Below, one piece after another: positions 1-14,000 of a DNA stretch of 64,000 nt (position 1 is the stretch's first letter; each line of letters begins with the position of its first letter). The position numbers and the translations under genes are program-made. Below the pieces are notes generated by a model. It had not been told where the DNA came from. It searched no databases and was given only the letters and a program-made list of their open reading frames with translations. The stretch spans positions 30,215,715-30,279,714 of the forward strand of contig NC_092379.1 of the NCBI RefSeq assembly GCF_030028105.1. The letters are read 5' to 3'. This DNA comes from Mobula birostris (Eukaryota).

Positions 1-559
1 CACAGGGAAATGAGCATTCAGAGAAATTGCCCATTGGTGGGCAGTTAAATTTGGAATTTAATTTAACTTATTGGAAAGATTCTAATTTTTGGGGAGCAAT
101 CCTAATAGTTGCTTTTACTAACAAAATTGCTTCTTTTTACAGAATATAAAAGATGATGCTCAAGACTTTTGAGATATTGATTTTGATTTTGAGATCCCTT
201 GGAAAATAGGGTTGAAACAGCCAGTATTTTGTCATGGAAGGTGCAAATGAAGTTCAATTTACACATTGAACTCGTCTAAACAGGATTTCCGCATATATCT
301 AGCTACTACTGGATGTTTGAATTAAAATGTCTTGGTCAGTCCTCCTTGACACTGCAGGGTTGAGATGTAGCTGTAAGGGGTGTCAAGGTTTCAATCTTAC
401 TTGCAGCCGATCTTTATTGTACCAGAGAACCTACTGGGCATCGGGATATGACAACAAATGATCCCAATGGACAATTTGTATCGAAATAATAAGGGGGGAG
501 GTGGAAGGAAATTAGAAAGCAATACCCGACAGCAAAGACACAGACAACGAAGGAAAAAT

Positions 560-1545
560 CCTGTTTTATTTTGTAGATGGCTTCTCGTCAGTATAGACGG
601 CTGAGAGGAGAACTCGATGCAGGCTACATGTAGAGGATGAAGACGGCTGGGAAATATAACGTTGCCTTAAAGTTACCCAGCACCATGAGTGCACAGGCAG
701 CATAATTGGCAGCTGTGGCTTATGTGGTTAGCAGCTTGAATGTGGTCTGCCTGGATCAGTCATACACTTTGACAGTATGTACGTTTGTAATGGACTTACT
801 GAACATTTGCCTCTGTGTGTTTCAGCTGACGGAACGCCTGTTCCATTTGCAGCTCTATTGCAGAATATCTTTGAAGAAGCTAAAGCGTGTCAGAAAGGTG
901 AATGCCCATTCAAAATTATCCCCTGCGGGGAATAGGAAGGTTGATGTGCAGGCGAAGCAAGGTGCGGTAGTTGGGCACGAATGGCAGCCACAGACTGGGG
1001 AGATTGGAAGGCAGAAGGAGTAACAGATTACGGTCAGACACAAGAGGAAATCTACAGGTGTTGGAAATCCAAAGTCCTGCTGAAAGGTCTCGGCCAGAAA
1101 CATCGAATGTACTAGATGTTCCATAGATGTTGCCTGGCTTGCTGGGTTCCTCCAGCATTTTGTCCGTGTTGGTTGAATAGATTATGTTACGGATAACCCA
1201 AGGAACAGAAGAAAAACACAGAATTAAAAGGAAATCTAAAGTAAGGAGCCCTCTGACATACCAGACAGTGGAGGAGCCTTGGTCTAATTCGGAGATAGAT
1301 TATGTTGGATCTTTGCCACCAACTCCAGGAGGGTATGCGTATCTTATCGTGGTAGATACTGTTACCAACTGGGTGGAAGCTTTACTGATTAAGACAAACA
1401 TGACTAAATTCACGGCAGTAATCTTTTTGGAAAGGTTCCCCACTCACTCGGGATCACATCAGAGTATAAAGTTAGATCAAGGTACATATTTTACAGCCCA
1501 GATAATCGAGGAAGCAGGGAAGCTGAAGAAGAAGTTAGACAGATT
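560..1545 (+). mobile_element. Retrovirus-like pol relic (RNase H + integrase core)
   Basis: FYFVDG...LPSTMSAQAA*LAAV...IHFDSMY...KVNAH...GNRKVD is a retroviral-type RNase H with stops and frameshifts. EPWSNSEIDYVGSLPP...LIVVDTVTNWVEA...DQGTYFT is an rve core. Interrupted by a Penelope-type repeat. Confidence 0.75.
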
Positions 1546-2004
1546 GGGAGAACAGGGGAAAAGTAACAGACAGAATACCCGAGACGTGTCTAGCCATACA
1601 CTTTGCAGAAGGAATAAAAGCATGGACTATTTTTTTAAACGTAGAAAAAATCCCAAGTGGTCTTGGGAGTCCTCGTGCATAATTCCGTAAAGGTTAATTT
1701 GCATATTGAGAGGATGGTGAGGAAGGCAAATGCAATGTTCACATTCATTTGGAGAGGACAGGAATATAGAAACAAGGATGTAACATGGATAAGAGAAAAT
1801 CTGTGGATGCTGAAAATCCAAACAGCACACAGAAAATGCTGGAGGAATTTAGCAGGCCAGGCAGCACCTATGGAAATAAGTACAGTCGACTTTTCGGGCC
1901 GAGATCCTTCGGCCGGACTGGAGAAAAGAAGATGAGGAAAAGATTTACAAGGTGGGGAGAGGGGAGAGATAAACACAAGGTGATAGGTGAAACCGGGAGA
2001 ACAT

Positions 2005-3050
2005 AGACAATAGAACACAGAACATAGAAATTTACAGCACATTGGAGACCCTTCGGCCCACAAAGCTGTGCCGACCATGTAACCTACCCGAGAAACTGCC
2101 GAGAAGTTCGCTACCGTCGCTGGCAGTACGATCCACGCACCCACTATTCTCTGTGTGAAAAACTTACTTTTGACATTGCCCCCACCACTTATTTGTCCCC
2201 AAGCACCCCAAGCGCCTTAAAACTATGTCCCTTCGTGTTAGCCATTTCAGTTCTGGGAAAAGGTCCCTAGCTATCCAGACGATCAATGCCTCCCATCATC
2301 TTATACACCTCTATTAGGTCACCTCTGATCCTCCGTCGCTTCAAGGAGTAAAGGTCAATTCACTCAACCTATTCTCATAAGGAACGCTCTTCAATCCAGG
2401 CAACATCCTTGTAAATCCCCACTGCACCCTTTCTATAGTTTGCACATCCTTCCTGTAGTGAGGTGACCAGAACTGAACTCAGTACTGCAAGCGCGACCTA
2501 ACTAAATCTTATAGAGCTGCAACATTATTTCACGGCTCTTGATCTCAATCTCACGGTTAATGAAGGCGAACACACCATACGCCTTCTGAACAACATCGTC
2601 AACCTGCGTAACAGCTTTGAGTGTCCTATGGACACGGACCCCAAGATCTCTCTGATCCTCCACTCTGTCAAGAGTCTTACCAATAATATTATATTCTGTC
2701 TTCAAATTTGTCCGACCGAAATGAGCCACTTCACATTTATCTGGGTTGAACTCCAGCTGCCACTTCTCAGTCCAGTTCTGCATCTATCGATGTCCCGCTG
2801 TACCGTCTGACTATCCAGACTATCTACAACAAACCCAACTTTTGTGTCATTAGCACACTTATCAACCCACCCTTCTACTTCCTCAACCAGGTCATTTAAG
2901 AAAAATCATAAGCAGGAGAGGTCCCAGAGCAGATCACTGCGGAACAACACTGGTTCACCGAACTCCACGCAGAATATGACCCATCTACAACTACTCCTTG
3001 CCTTCTGTGGGCAAGTCAACTCTAGATCCACGAAGAAAGGTCTCCTTGGA
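2005..3050 (-). mobile_element. CR1 LINE 3' fragment
   Basis: MQNWTEKWQLEFNPDKCEVAHFGR...DQRDLGV RT C-terminus and an (AACATAG)n-type tail near 2020. Confidence 0.85.
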
Positions 3051-3414
3051 TCCCATGCCTCCTTACTTTCTGAATGAGCTTTGTATGGGGAACGTTATCA
3101 AATTCCATTTCCACTGCATCTACTGCTCTACCTTCATCAATGTGTTTTGTTACATCCCCCTTCTCCAGCCCTGTATCTCTTTCACCAATCAACTTCCCAG
3201 CTCTTTACTTCTTCCCTACACCTCCCGGTTTCACCTATCACCTTGTATTTCTCTTTCCACACCCCGACCCCCGCCCACCTTCTCAATTTACTCCTCATCT
3301 TTTTTTTTTCTGTGGTCCCGCCGAAGTGTCTCGTCCCGAAACCTTGAGTATACTTTTTTTCAATAAATGCTGCCTGGTCTGTTAAGTTCCTCCAGCATTT
3401 TGTGGATGTCACAC

Positions 3415-3990
3415 GAATGCCTTTTAAGACACTAGTGAGGCTAGGAACATTGTGAGCAGTTTTAGGCCTCTTGTTTGACAGAGAATGTGCTGACATTGGA
3501 GAAGGTTCGGAGAAGGCTCATGAGAAAGATTCCTGGAATGAAAACCGTCTCATGTTTGCCTTCAACGATTGATGGCTCTCGGTCATTACTCTTTGGAATT
3601 TAGAAGAATGAGGAGGGATCGTATTGAAAACTATCGAATGTTGAAGACTTAGATAGAGTCGATATCGAAAAAATGTCTCCTGTGCGTGTGGGAGTCTAGG
3701 ATCAGGGGGCATAGTCTCAGAGTATACGGACGTTCATTTTCAACGGAGGTAAGGAGGAATTTCTTTAGCCAGAGGATGGTCTGGCTGTGGAAGTCATTGC
3801 CACATGTGAATGCGAAGGCCAGGTTATTCAGTGCATTTCAGTTGATAGGCTCTTGAATAGTCAGGGCGTGAATTGTTTTGGGCAGAAGGCAGGAGAATGG
3901 GACCGAGAGGGAAATGGATCAGCCGAGTTGAAATATCGGAGCAGACTCGATATGCCGAATGTCCCAATCCTACTCCAATATAGAATGGTG
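3415..3990 (+). mobile_element. CR1 LINE 3' fragment
   Basis: Decayed RT C-terminal sequence (VRPxLEYCxQFW...LEKVxRRxxRxIPG) plus 3'UTR. Confidence 0.7.
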
Positions 3991-4289
3991 TTATGGCTGA
4001 TTTATTATCTCTCTCAACTCAGTTCTCCTCCCCTCCCCCCGTACACTCTATTTTCCATTTACGCTGTCTTCGATTTCCCTTATAAGTCACAGTTGTCTTA
4101 TCTTCCATTTCGAGTACCTCTTCAGCTTTGGGATGTATCTATTATGCGCCTTCCGAATTGCTCCCAGAATCTACATCCATTGCTTTTCTGCCATCAGCCG
4201 TGATAGCGTCAACTTCTAATCAAACCTGGCCAGATCCTCTTTCATAACTCTGTAATTCCCTTTGCTCTGCTGTCATACTTATGTATCAG

Positions 4290-4970
4290 ATTTTAGCTTC
4301 ACCCTCTCAGACTGCAGGCAACATTCTATCAAATTATGATCACTGGGTCGTGAGGTTTCCTTTACCTTAATTTCCGTAATGAAATCCGGTTTATTACATG
4401 GCACACACTTCAGAAATTCCTTTCACCTGCATTTCGACAGCATTCTAAATATTCCTTCTCTTGGAATTCAGCACCAACCTGATGTGCCCAATTTATCTGC
4501 ACATTGAAAAGCCCAAGATTGTAATAAAATGGCCCTTATTACATGCATTTTCTAATTCCAGGTTAAATTTATAACTCACATCCTGTCTTCTGTTCGGGTG
4601 TCTGTTTCTAACTTTAGTTACAGCATTTATAACCTTGTAGTTTCCGATCTCTACACGCAAGCATTCTGCATCTTTTGACCGCATGTCATCTCTTTCTGAG
4701 GATTTTATTTTATTTTTCCCCAACATTACGTATCCTTTAGATACAAGGCTTATATGGATACTAAGCTTCCAACTATGATCTTCCTTCAGCCACAACTCAG
4801 AGATGCCCAGAACATCACACCTGCCACTCTCTAACTGCGCTACATGATCATCTACCTTCTTCTGCATACTGCTTATTTTCAAATATAGTATCTTCAGTCC
4901 TGTGTATTCATCACCCTTTTGATTCTGTTCGCATGTTATATTTGAACTCACCCTGCTATCCACAAATCTG
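4290..4970 (-). mobile_element. CR1 LINE endonuclease-region fragment
   Basis: LKILYL...DVLGISELWLKEDHSW, an APE N-terminal motif. Confidence 0.7.
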
Positions 4971-5039
4971 CCCGATCTTCTGCCTGTCGTTTAAACGCTA
5001 AACAATAAAGAAAGATGTTTACGACGATCAAACTCAGTG

Positions 5040-5500
5040 GGGAGAATGCTGAATTCCAGAGTCTTGACGAGAGAAACACTCACAGAACGCTGGAGGAACT
5101 CAGCAGAACAGGCAGCATCGATGGAAAAGTGAAATCAGTGGACGTTTCGGGCCGAGACTCCTCTTCAGGACGGTAATGGAGGGGGAGAAGTCAGCTTTAT
5201 CATGGGAGGGAAGAAGGACGTACAAAGCGGCAGGTGATAGCGGGTGAGGGATGGGATGAGGGGATGAAGTCAAGAGCTGAGAATTTAATTGGTGAAAGAA
5301 ATATAGGGCTGAAAATGCGGAAATCTGTTAGCAGAGGACAGAAGACCATGGAAGAAAGGGAATGGGAAGGAGAACCAGGGGGAGGTGATGGGAAAATAGG
5401 GAGATAAGGTGAGAGAGTGAAACAGGGATGGGGAATGATGAAGGAGACTGGAAGTTCGAGAAATCGATGCTGATGCCAGTCAGTTGTACGCTACCCGGAC
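5040..5500 (-). mobile_element. Penelope-like element 3' end / pseudo-LTR
   Basis: Minus strand encodes a decayed RLGxxQxxGxxIDFSNF GIY-YIG tail, followed by the shared CTGGAGGAACTCAGCAG...GACGTTTCGGGCCGAGAC repeat. Related fragments at ~1066-1170, 1795-2005 and 3085-3410. Confidence 0.7.
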
Positions 5501-5689
5501 GCTAACGTATTTCAAGGGTACGGATGTCATGACCAGTCAGCGAAATACCATGGCAGTGCTCCGACAAGTCAGACTGAAGGGCTCAACTACGATAGCTACG
5601 TGGCGGAACCTGAGGAACAAGAAATTTCTGATCACATTACTGGTGTTCGTCGTCAAGATATAGAGGAACAGGTTTGTAGAAAGAGAGAC

Positions 5690-6330
5690 TAAATGGTTGC
5701 AAGAAAAGTAAGGATGCGAACGTAGGTACTTCTAACTTTCCACATATTGAATGGGAGTCTCATGATATAGAAGGACTGGATAGTATGGAGTTTGTTAAAT
5801 ACAACCAGGAAAGGTTCCTTAATCAATATGCAACGATCCCTGCTGAAGAGGGTTCGATATTGGACCCACTATTACGAAAAGAGACAAGGCAGGTGAGGAA
5901 TGATCAGAATTCCATTAGTTTCTCGATAATTATGGAGAAGGATAGGATTACACTTCGCGTTAATATTCCAAATTGGAAAAAGGCCAAAATTGCTAGCACC
6001 AGAAAGAATCAAACAGGTGTGGATTTGAACAGATTATTTTCCAGAAAGCGGGTGACTAGCAAGTGGAAAGTTTTCAAACGGAAAATACTGAAAGCACTGG
6101 GATAGTATTGTAAGGTATGACTAGGTGGTTTAGGGAATATTGGTTTAAAAGGGGCATTCTGGTCCTGGTTAAGAAGAATAAGGGCTGCTTAGCAAGTACA
6201 AGCACCAAGGAGCAAATGAGAAGCGTGAGCAGCACATGAAATGCAAGGGAACACAAGGAGAAAATCAGATGTGTGGCACAATGGGATAAGAATGTAGTTT
6301 TTTTATCAATGGTATTACTGAAGATTAAGG
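5690..6330 (+). mobile_element. CR1 LINE ORF2 fragment
   Basis: EFVKYNQERFLNQY...ILDPLL...FSIIMEKDR...NWKKA matches the 43760-44953 CR1 region. Confidence 0.75.
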
Positions 6331-6539
6331 TTGGTTGATGACTGGAGACCCATTTTCTGTGTTGAACCTCCCGGTGACGAGAATATAAACACTAGACCGT
6401 GAAATAAGCATAAGTTGAAATTGATTTCTATTGTCGTGCGAACAATTATTACATCTCGAATAGTGCATTGGTTTTGATTGTAGCCTGGAAAGCTACCTCT
6501 CGGGCGAAGTGGCAATTCGGGACACAACATGCATCAATG

Positions 6540-7530
6540 AGGTTAATTCAAACGTCACAGGATCTAAAGATCTGTGCTGATCAATTGGCTGGAATATTCA
6601 CTGTGATATTTAACCTCTCGATTCTGTAGTCTGAGGTACCACCGTCTTCAGACAGACATCACTTGCACGTAGAAAGCTGTCTCAATGGCTATTGTCCAGT
6701 CGCACTTACATACACAGTGATATGATGTTTTGAGTGGTTGGTGACAAAACTTATCAACTTCTGCCTAAGAAGCAACTTGGATACTTTCCAGTTTGCCTAC
6801 TGGAGCAACCGGTCACAACAGATGGCATCTCATTGGATCTTCACTCAACCCTGCAACATCTGGGCAGAAGTGATGCACACATCAGCATCCCCTTATCGAA
6901 TACATCTCGCCATTCAATGCATCATCAGCTCAAAAATATTCAATTAGTGTCAATGTGTTAATAAGCTTCAAGGCCTTGAGCTCAATAACTCCTGTTGCAA
7001 TAGGATCATCTAATTCCTCACTTGCAGGTCCCAGTCATTTTGGATTGGCAGCAACATCTCCTCCACTATATCCATCAGTACAGGTGGACCACAAAACCGT
7101 GTGGTCATCCCACTGCACGACTCACTTTACATATTTATGCTTGCTAACGCCACCACCGTCTTGGCCGAATCAAGACGCAGCATATAGGAGAGAAACTGAC
7201 TATCTGGCTGAGTGGTGTCACAGTGACAAACTCTTATTGAATGTCAGCAAGACCAAGGAGCTGATTACTGACTTCTGGAGGAGGAAACCAGTGGTCTATC
7301 AGCCAGTTCTCGTCGGAGGATCACTGGTGGACAGGGTCAGCAAATTTAAATTCCTCGGTGTTAGAGTTTCAAAAGACATGTTATGGGCCCAGCTCGTAAT
7401 TGTATTCACCAACAACTCCTTATGAGTTTGTGAAGATTCAACATGGAATCTAAAGCTTTACCAAACTTTCCAGAGTGCGTTAGCATTGACTGGTTGCATT
7501 ACAGCCTGTTATGAAAACACCAATGCCCTT
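6540..7530 (+). mobile_element. Rex1/Babar-type LINE RT fragment
   Basis: LDTFQFAYWSNRS...; WCHSDKLLLNVSKTKELITDF...KFKFLGV. Further Rex 3' fragments at ~8490-9050 and 9200-9720. Confidence 0.75.
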
Positions 7531-7539
7531 GAACAAGAC

Positions 7540-8100
7540 TTTACAAGACACTCGTCAGGCCGTAATTGGAGTATTGTGTACAGCTTCGGGCCCCATATCT
7601 CAGAATTGATGTGTTGTCACTGGAGAGAGTGCAGAGGTGGTTCACGAGGATGATTCTGGGACTGAAGAAATTAACATATGAGGAATGTTTGGCAGCTTTG
7701 GGTCTGAACTCACCGGATTAGAAGAATACGGGGTATCTCGTTGAAACCTGCTGAATATTGAAAGGAGTAAGCAGGGTGGTTGTGGAGAGGATGATTCCTG
7801 TGGTGGGACTATCCAGATCTAGAATGTACAGCCTCAAGATTGAGGAGCAACGTTTTAGAAAGGAGCTAGGGAGGATTTTTTTTAGCCAGACAGCAGTGAG
7901 TCTGTGGAATGTTCTGACACAGACTTCGGTGGTGGTCAAGTCCATGGATATTGAAGGCGGAAGTTGATATTTTCCTGATTGGTCAGGGCATCAATGGCTA
8001 TGGCAGGAAGGCAAGTGTACGGGGATGTACGGCATCCTGGGTCAGCCACGATGGAATGGCGGAGCAGACTCGACGGGCCGAATGGCCAATGCTCCTATGG
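7540..8100 (+). mobile_element. CR1 LINE 3' fragment
   Basis: LVRPxLEYCVQ...LERVQRxFTRMI...FRKELGRIFFSQ. Confidence 0.75.
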
Positions 8101-11094
8101 CTTCTGGTCTACCGAACGGAAAGTTCTATAAAAAGTGGCCGATATGACCCAGCCCATCATTGGTAAAGCTCACGCCACCATTAAACACATCTACGCGTAC
8201 CGTAATCACAGGACAGCTATCACGATGTGCGCTAGCAATGACGGGACCCAGTGCAGAGGAAAGACAGACACCCATGTGGAGACGGCGACAAGAGTTGATA
8301 CACAAGGGTTCCGACAGAACATTGGTAGCGCGGCCGAACCACACCCCGACATGTATCATTCTCAAAACGTGGACCACGTGATTGTGCTAACACAACGTCC
8401 ACTTAAAATAATTTAAGTAGCAAGGAATGCCCGAAAATAAACATAATAAACAAGGTTAAAAGGAAAGCATCAAGGACTAATGGCTCTCGTTAAACAAGAA
8501 TTAACCAATTCAGGTGCTCCAAAAAGCCCGGAGCCCAACAGTCTCTAGCTCCCCACATCGGCCCAAAGAGCTCATCACAAAAGCAGCATCCATCATCAGG
8601 GACCCCCACAACCCAGGTTATATTCCGTTCTCTCTGATGCCGTCGGGAAGAAGGAACAGGAGCCACAGGACTCACGCCACCAGGTTCAGGAACAGTTATT
8701 GCCCCTCAGTCATCAGGCTCCTGAACCAAAGTCGATACCTTTCCACATCTTCTCTTGCCTCATCATTGAAATGTTGTCAAACCTATGGACTCACTTTCAA
8801 GGACTATTCGGCTCATGTTCTCGGTAATTATTTTTTTTTATTTATTGTTATTATTATTTCCTTCTTTTTTGTACCTGCACAGATTTTGTCTTTTGCAGAC
8901 TAGTTGAACGGCCATGTCGGTGCGGTCTTTCATTTATTCTATTAAAGAGATTATTTTATTACGGATTTATTGTGAATGCCGTAAGAAATTTAATCTCATG
9001 ATTGTATGAGGTGACATATATGCACTTTGAAAATAAATTGACTTTGAGCTTTCACCGTTGCACAAAAGACTCCAGTGAGTGCTGTGGCATTATCAAGTGT
9101 TATCTTGGCCAATCTTTTCTGAAAGGTATTAGTGCATTCAATGACCAAGTCTAGAGGAGTCAAGCGTAGTTTAGATAAAGTGACGTCACTGTTATTTAAA
9201 TACTACAGTTAATAAAGAGTGATATGACGACATATTGGCTGTTATGTGGAGACCATTCTGACCAGAGTGGTGACCTCGGCTGGGTACACTACGTCGGGTG
9301 CGGAGCGGCCAATGCACAGGATCGGAAAATGCTGCAGAAGTATGTAAACTCTGCCCGCTTCATCATGGGCAATAGTCTCTGCAGTATCCAGGACACTTTC
9401 AAAAGGCGATTTGACTAAAAGGCAGCACCCATCATTAAGAATCCCCGTCGCTCGTGTCACGTCCTCTTCTCATTGCTACCGTCAAGGAGGAGGGGCAGCA
9501 GTCTCAACTTTCAGGAACAGCTTCTTCCCCTCCGCTGGAAGATTTCTGCATTGACAAAGAACCCATGAACACTCCCTCAGTACTTTTCCTCTCTTTTTGC
9601 AAGGCAGAATTAATTTATGATTTTATTTTATATATACTTCTTACTGCAATATATAGTTTTCATTCTTACATATTGCAATGTACTGCCATTGCAAAAGAAC
9701 ACATTTCATGACATATTAAACCTGATTCTGATTTTGACCCAAATGCTATCACACCGGATTCTACCCTAAGTGCACCTTCCCTGCATGTACACAAGCTCAC
9801 TCACTTCAGTAAAATCGATTCTTTGTTTTCCATGCTTTGGTAGTCGATTTGGTAAGCGATTGTATAGGAAATGCGTTTGAATTGCACTAGGACACTGGGG
9901 CACAAGAGGTCAGGGATACATTGCATCAGTTCATTTGATCTTGATGTTCATACTTCCACGGCAGGTCCGTACTCGCAAAGAACCTGAAATGCACGGACTT
10001 TTGAAAGGTAAATTCAAATGCAATTTTTCGGTTTATATTGTTTCGCCTGTGCTCAGCTGATGTTCGTTTAATGAAAGGAATTAATGAATTTAACACGGAG
10101 CTGAAAATTATTTGAAATAGAAATCCGCAAGGAGATGATGTCCTACTCTCATATTGTTTTTACCTATAGTATAAATATATACATCCGCAGATGCCCAATT
10201 CGTATAACAGTGGAACCGAATTCGTATGCCTGCGCATAGTGCTCATCTTGAAATAAAATGATTCGGAGTAGGCACCTGCCATACGAGTACTATTATTACC
10301 CAATGTCTGTGGCATTTGCAGTCCCAGGTAGGTCGCGATGTGTTGTGAGTTGGATCAGACTGAAATCTCCATGATGCTCCAGTTCCTCTCTTGAGTTTGC
10401 AAATAGAAAGCAAAAGTGAATGACCGGATAAATTTGGAAATTCTGGGGTGGATATTTGGAGCGGAAATCTGTGCTGAGCTCTCGGCACAGATTGTAAGTT
10501 GTTATCTGGAAATAGAAGAAATTCACTGTGAAATGGGTTTGGATAGAATGAAAGAGAGGAAACCGTGCTGCTGGAAATGCAACGAAAAACGAAACGCTCG
10601 CAATGAGGATGTTTGTTCAGATGAATGTGATGAAAATGTATTAGAATTGTTATTTTCCCCTTGGATTTGTACAAAATATTTCAAATCATGCAGTGTTATG
10701 TTTTAGATAAATTACACAATTGCTTGCCACGTGCACTGACTTGAACGGGGAACGGAGAATCGAAGAATAATCGGCTGTATCAGGTATATGCAGGCTTTTA
10801 CTTCGGGCGACTAATAGCCGATGAAGTTCAGAGTGGTGAAAAGTGGCGTATCTATTTTCGTGGAAGATTGAAAACTGAAAGTATAGTTTGAATATTCTTA
10901 CAACCGGGCGGTCGATTTCAAGGAAGCAAGTCACTGAAAGAGGCAGGAAAGAGGCAGTGCATGGTATGCACTTTCTAAATGGGAAGAAAATTCAAAAATC
11001 GGAGATGGAACTGGACATGGGAGTCTTCGCGCACGGTGCCGTAAACCTCAACTTGCAGGTTGATTCAGTGGTGAGAAGGAAAATGCATCAGTTC

Positions 11095-14000
11095 CAGATG
11101 TATGTGTAGAACACTTTGAAATACCCATAAACCCGCAGGGTTTGCGATATTCAAAGGAAGCTCTGACACGGTCTGACCGAGTTAGGAAGGGACTCGATCA
11201 TCTTATGTCAGAGGGATTTATTCCCTGAATAAAGGGTCCACTCCAGTACCAATAAAATTTCTTAGGGATACAGGGGCTTCTCTGTCACTTATGTTCGACA
11301 GTGTTCTAGGGTTTAGTGATGAGACTGACACGGTGAAGTAAATTTTATACGAGGTATTGAGGGGAACTTTACGCCTGCAGCTCTGCACAAAGTAGTTTTA
11401 ATGTCAGGGACAGATTCAGGAACTGTTAAAATCGGACTACAACACAGTTTACCGGTGGATGGTCTTTCTTTATTGTTAGGGAATGGCCGAGCAGATGGAA
11501 AAGTTGTTCTTGCAGTGCAGCTGACAAATAAGCCAATCAGTGATGATCCAAAGATGGATGCTGACATATATCCCTCCTGTGTCGTAACCGGAGCTCTGCC
11601 GAGATATTCTGCCAAGGCAGATGGTTCTGTGCAGCATTGGTCTACTACCCATTACAGCTCAAATCGAGATTCCGCTTTTGATGATTTGCCAGTAGCTTTC
11701 CTACCATCCTTGTTTGATCAGGATACTTGTAGTGAGTCTGACCATAAAAACTTGTCTATGTCAGGAAAGAGATTATAGCAGAGCAGAGCAGAGATCTTGA
11801 GGTTGCCGCCTTCAGAGAGAACGCTTTCCCAGTTAGCGAGATTGAGAAGGTGCCAGTAGGGTTTGATTTCAAGAGTGGAGTGTTAATGAGAAAGTGGAGA
11901 CCTCCTGAGATTCTTGCAAATGAGGATTGGGCAGCTGTCCACCAGGTAGGCGTTCCTAAGGTCTGTAGGAATGTAATTTTACTTTGGCTGATAGTATACC
12001 CTTAGGTGGCCATCTAGGTGTGAGAAAAACTATGAACAAAGTTATGCAACACTTCTTCTGGCCTGGTTTGAGGAAAGATGTGGCGACATTTTGCCGAACT
12101 TGTCACACTTATCAGGTTGTGGGTGAACCTAACCAAGACAACCCAATGGCACAAATGCAACATATTCCTGCACTTGGTGAACCGTTTTCTAAAGTTATTG
12201 TAGATTGTGTTTGCCCATTGCCAAAAGCTAAAGCAGAAACATCAAGATTTGCTGACCATCAAGTGTACAGATTTTGGGCTTGCAGCAGCAATACCTCACA
12301 GGAAAATAAGAACTAAAACTGTCACGAAGGCTCTTATGAAGATCTTTATTTTATTTGGGTTACCTAAAAAATCCAGTCTTCAAGGAAGTAATTTTATGCA
12401 TGGTTTATTCCAGCCAGTAGTTTATAACCTGGGAGCCAAGCAGATTATATCGTCTGCGTGCCATTCAGAATCACAGGGAGCCTTAGAAAGGTTCCATTCT
12501 ATTCTCAAACCCATGTTTAGGATATCCTGTGTCGAAAAGGAGAATGATTGGGATACGGTAGTTCATTTGCTTTTATTTGCAGTTAGGGAGTCAGTGCAGG
12601 AGTCCCTAGGCTTTAGCCCCTTTGAACTTCTGTTTGGTCATTCAGTCTGAGGACCTTTGGCATTGTTAAAAGAACAGATGTTAACAAAGAACTACAGACT
12701 AATTTGCGGGATTATGTCTTGAAATTTACGGATGGGAAATTTTAAAATCTACCCAGGAAAGAATGGAAACATGGTATGACAAGGAAGCTAGAACGAGGTC
12801 ATTTAAGTCGGGAAATAAGGTGCTGTTTTTTCCACTGTGCAAACGAACAAATAAAAGCTAAATTTTACGGCCCTTATGAAATTATATCTTAAGGTTGTAA
12901 TGCGTTCTATGCGGTACAAACTCTAAATCGAGGAGGCCCACGCTGCTTTGTCATGTAAATATGAGAAAAACATATTATGAAAACAAGTTCGCCGCTATGA
13001 CTGTTGTCGTCAATGACACTGAGTCCGATCTGCCTGCGAACTTGGTACCTGATCCATCTGAGGCTTATTTTAAACCGAATATTATTTCCACCAGACTTCC
13101 AAATTCGACAATTTTGGAAAATATTGATAAGAAATTGGCTCATATACATTCACAGCAGCGGCAGCAAATGAAGCAGTTAATTATCAAATTTTTGGATTTA
13201 TTTCCAGACGTTCCAAAAAGATCGACAGTCGCCTCAAATGATGTAGATGTTGGGAACGTCAAACCCATAAAGCAACTTCCATTCGAATGGACATGGAAAA
13301 ATGTAGAATCGCTGAACAAGAAATGGAATATATGTTAGAAAATATTATTATTCAACCTTCTGCTTCGGATTGGAGTTCACCTTGAGTCTTGGGGACCAAA
13401 CCATAGTGATAGTCATGGTCATACTTTATTGATCCCAGGATAAAACTGGTTTTCGTTTTTGTTGCTCCATAAATAATTAAATAGTAATACAACCATAAAT
13501 AATTAAATAGTAAAATGTAAATTATGCCAGGAAATAAGTCCAGGATCAGCCTATTGGCTCAGGGTGTCTGACCCTCCAAGGGAGGAGCTGTAAAGTTTGA
13601 TGGCCATAGACAGGAATGACTTCCTATGACGCCAGAAAGTAGTATTCGTTTTGTACAGATTATACAAAGGTAAATGCTGTAACATAAACCGATATGTATC
13701 CAATCCCAAGGGTATATTACTTTGTGGATAGAGCTGGAAAAGCTAAGTTTCGTACAAAGATCGACCAGTTAAAAGGATATTGGTGTGTTCCCTGGACAGA
13801 TGAAGGTAGAGATATTTCTGCATTTTAATGCATGCTGGGTTATATGAATACAGCGTCCTGCCATTTGGAATGAAAAATTCTCCTGGAACCTTCCAGAGAA
13901 TGATTAATTCTGTAATTCAAGGGTTAAAACATACGGATGCCTGTATTGATGATTTATTCACAGGTAATAACACTTGGGAAGCACACACATCTGCAGTGGG

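Noticed and set aside
6713-6751. CACAGTG-23-GACAAAACT cryptic RSS
   Set aside because: It lies inside Rex LINE RT sequence with no V, D or J adjacent.
10686-10934. ORF with SLHIPDTADYS resembling a V FR3
   Set aside because: No Cys104, Trp41 or RSS; chance similarity.
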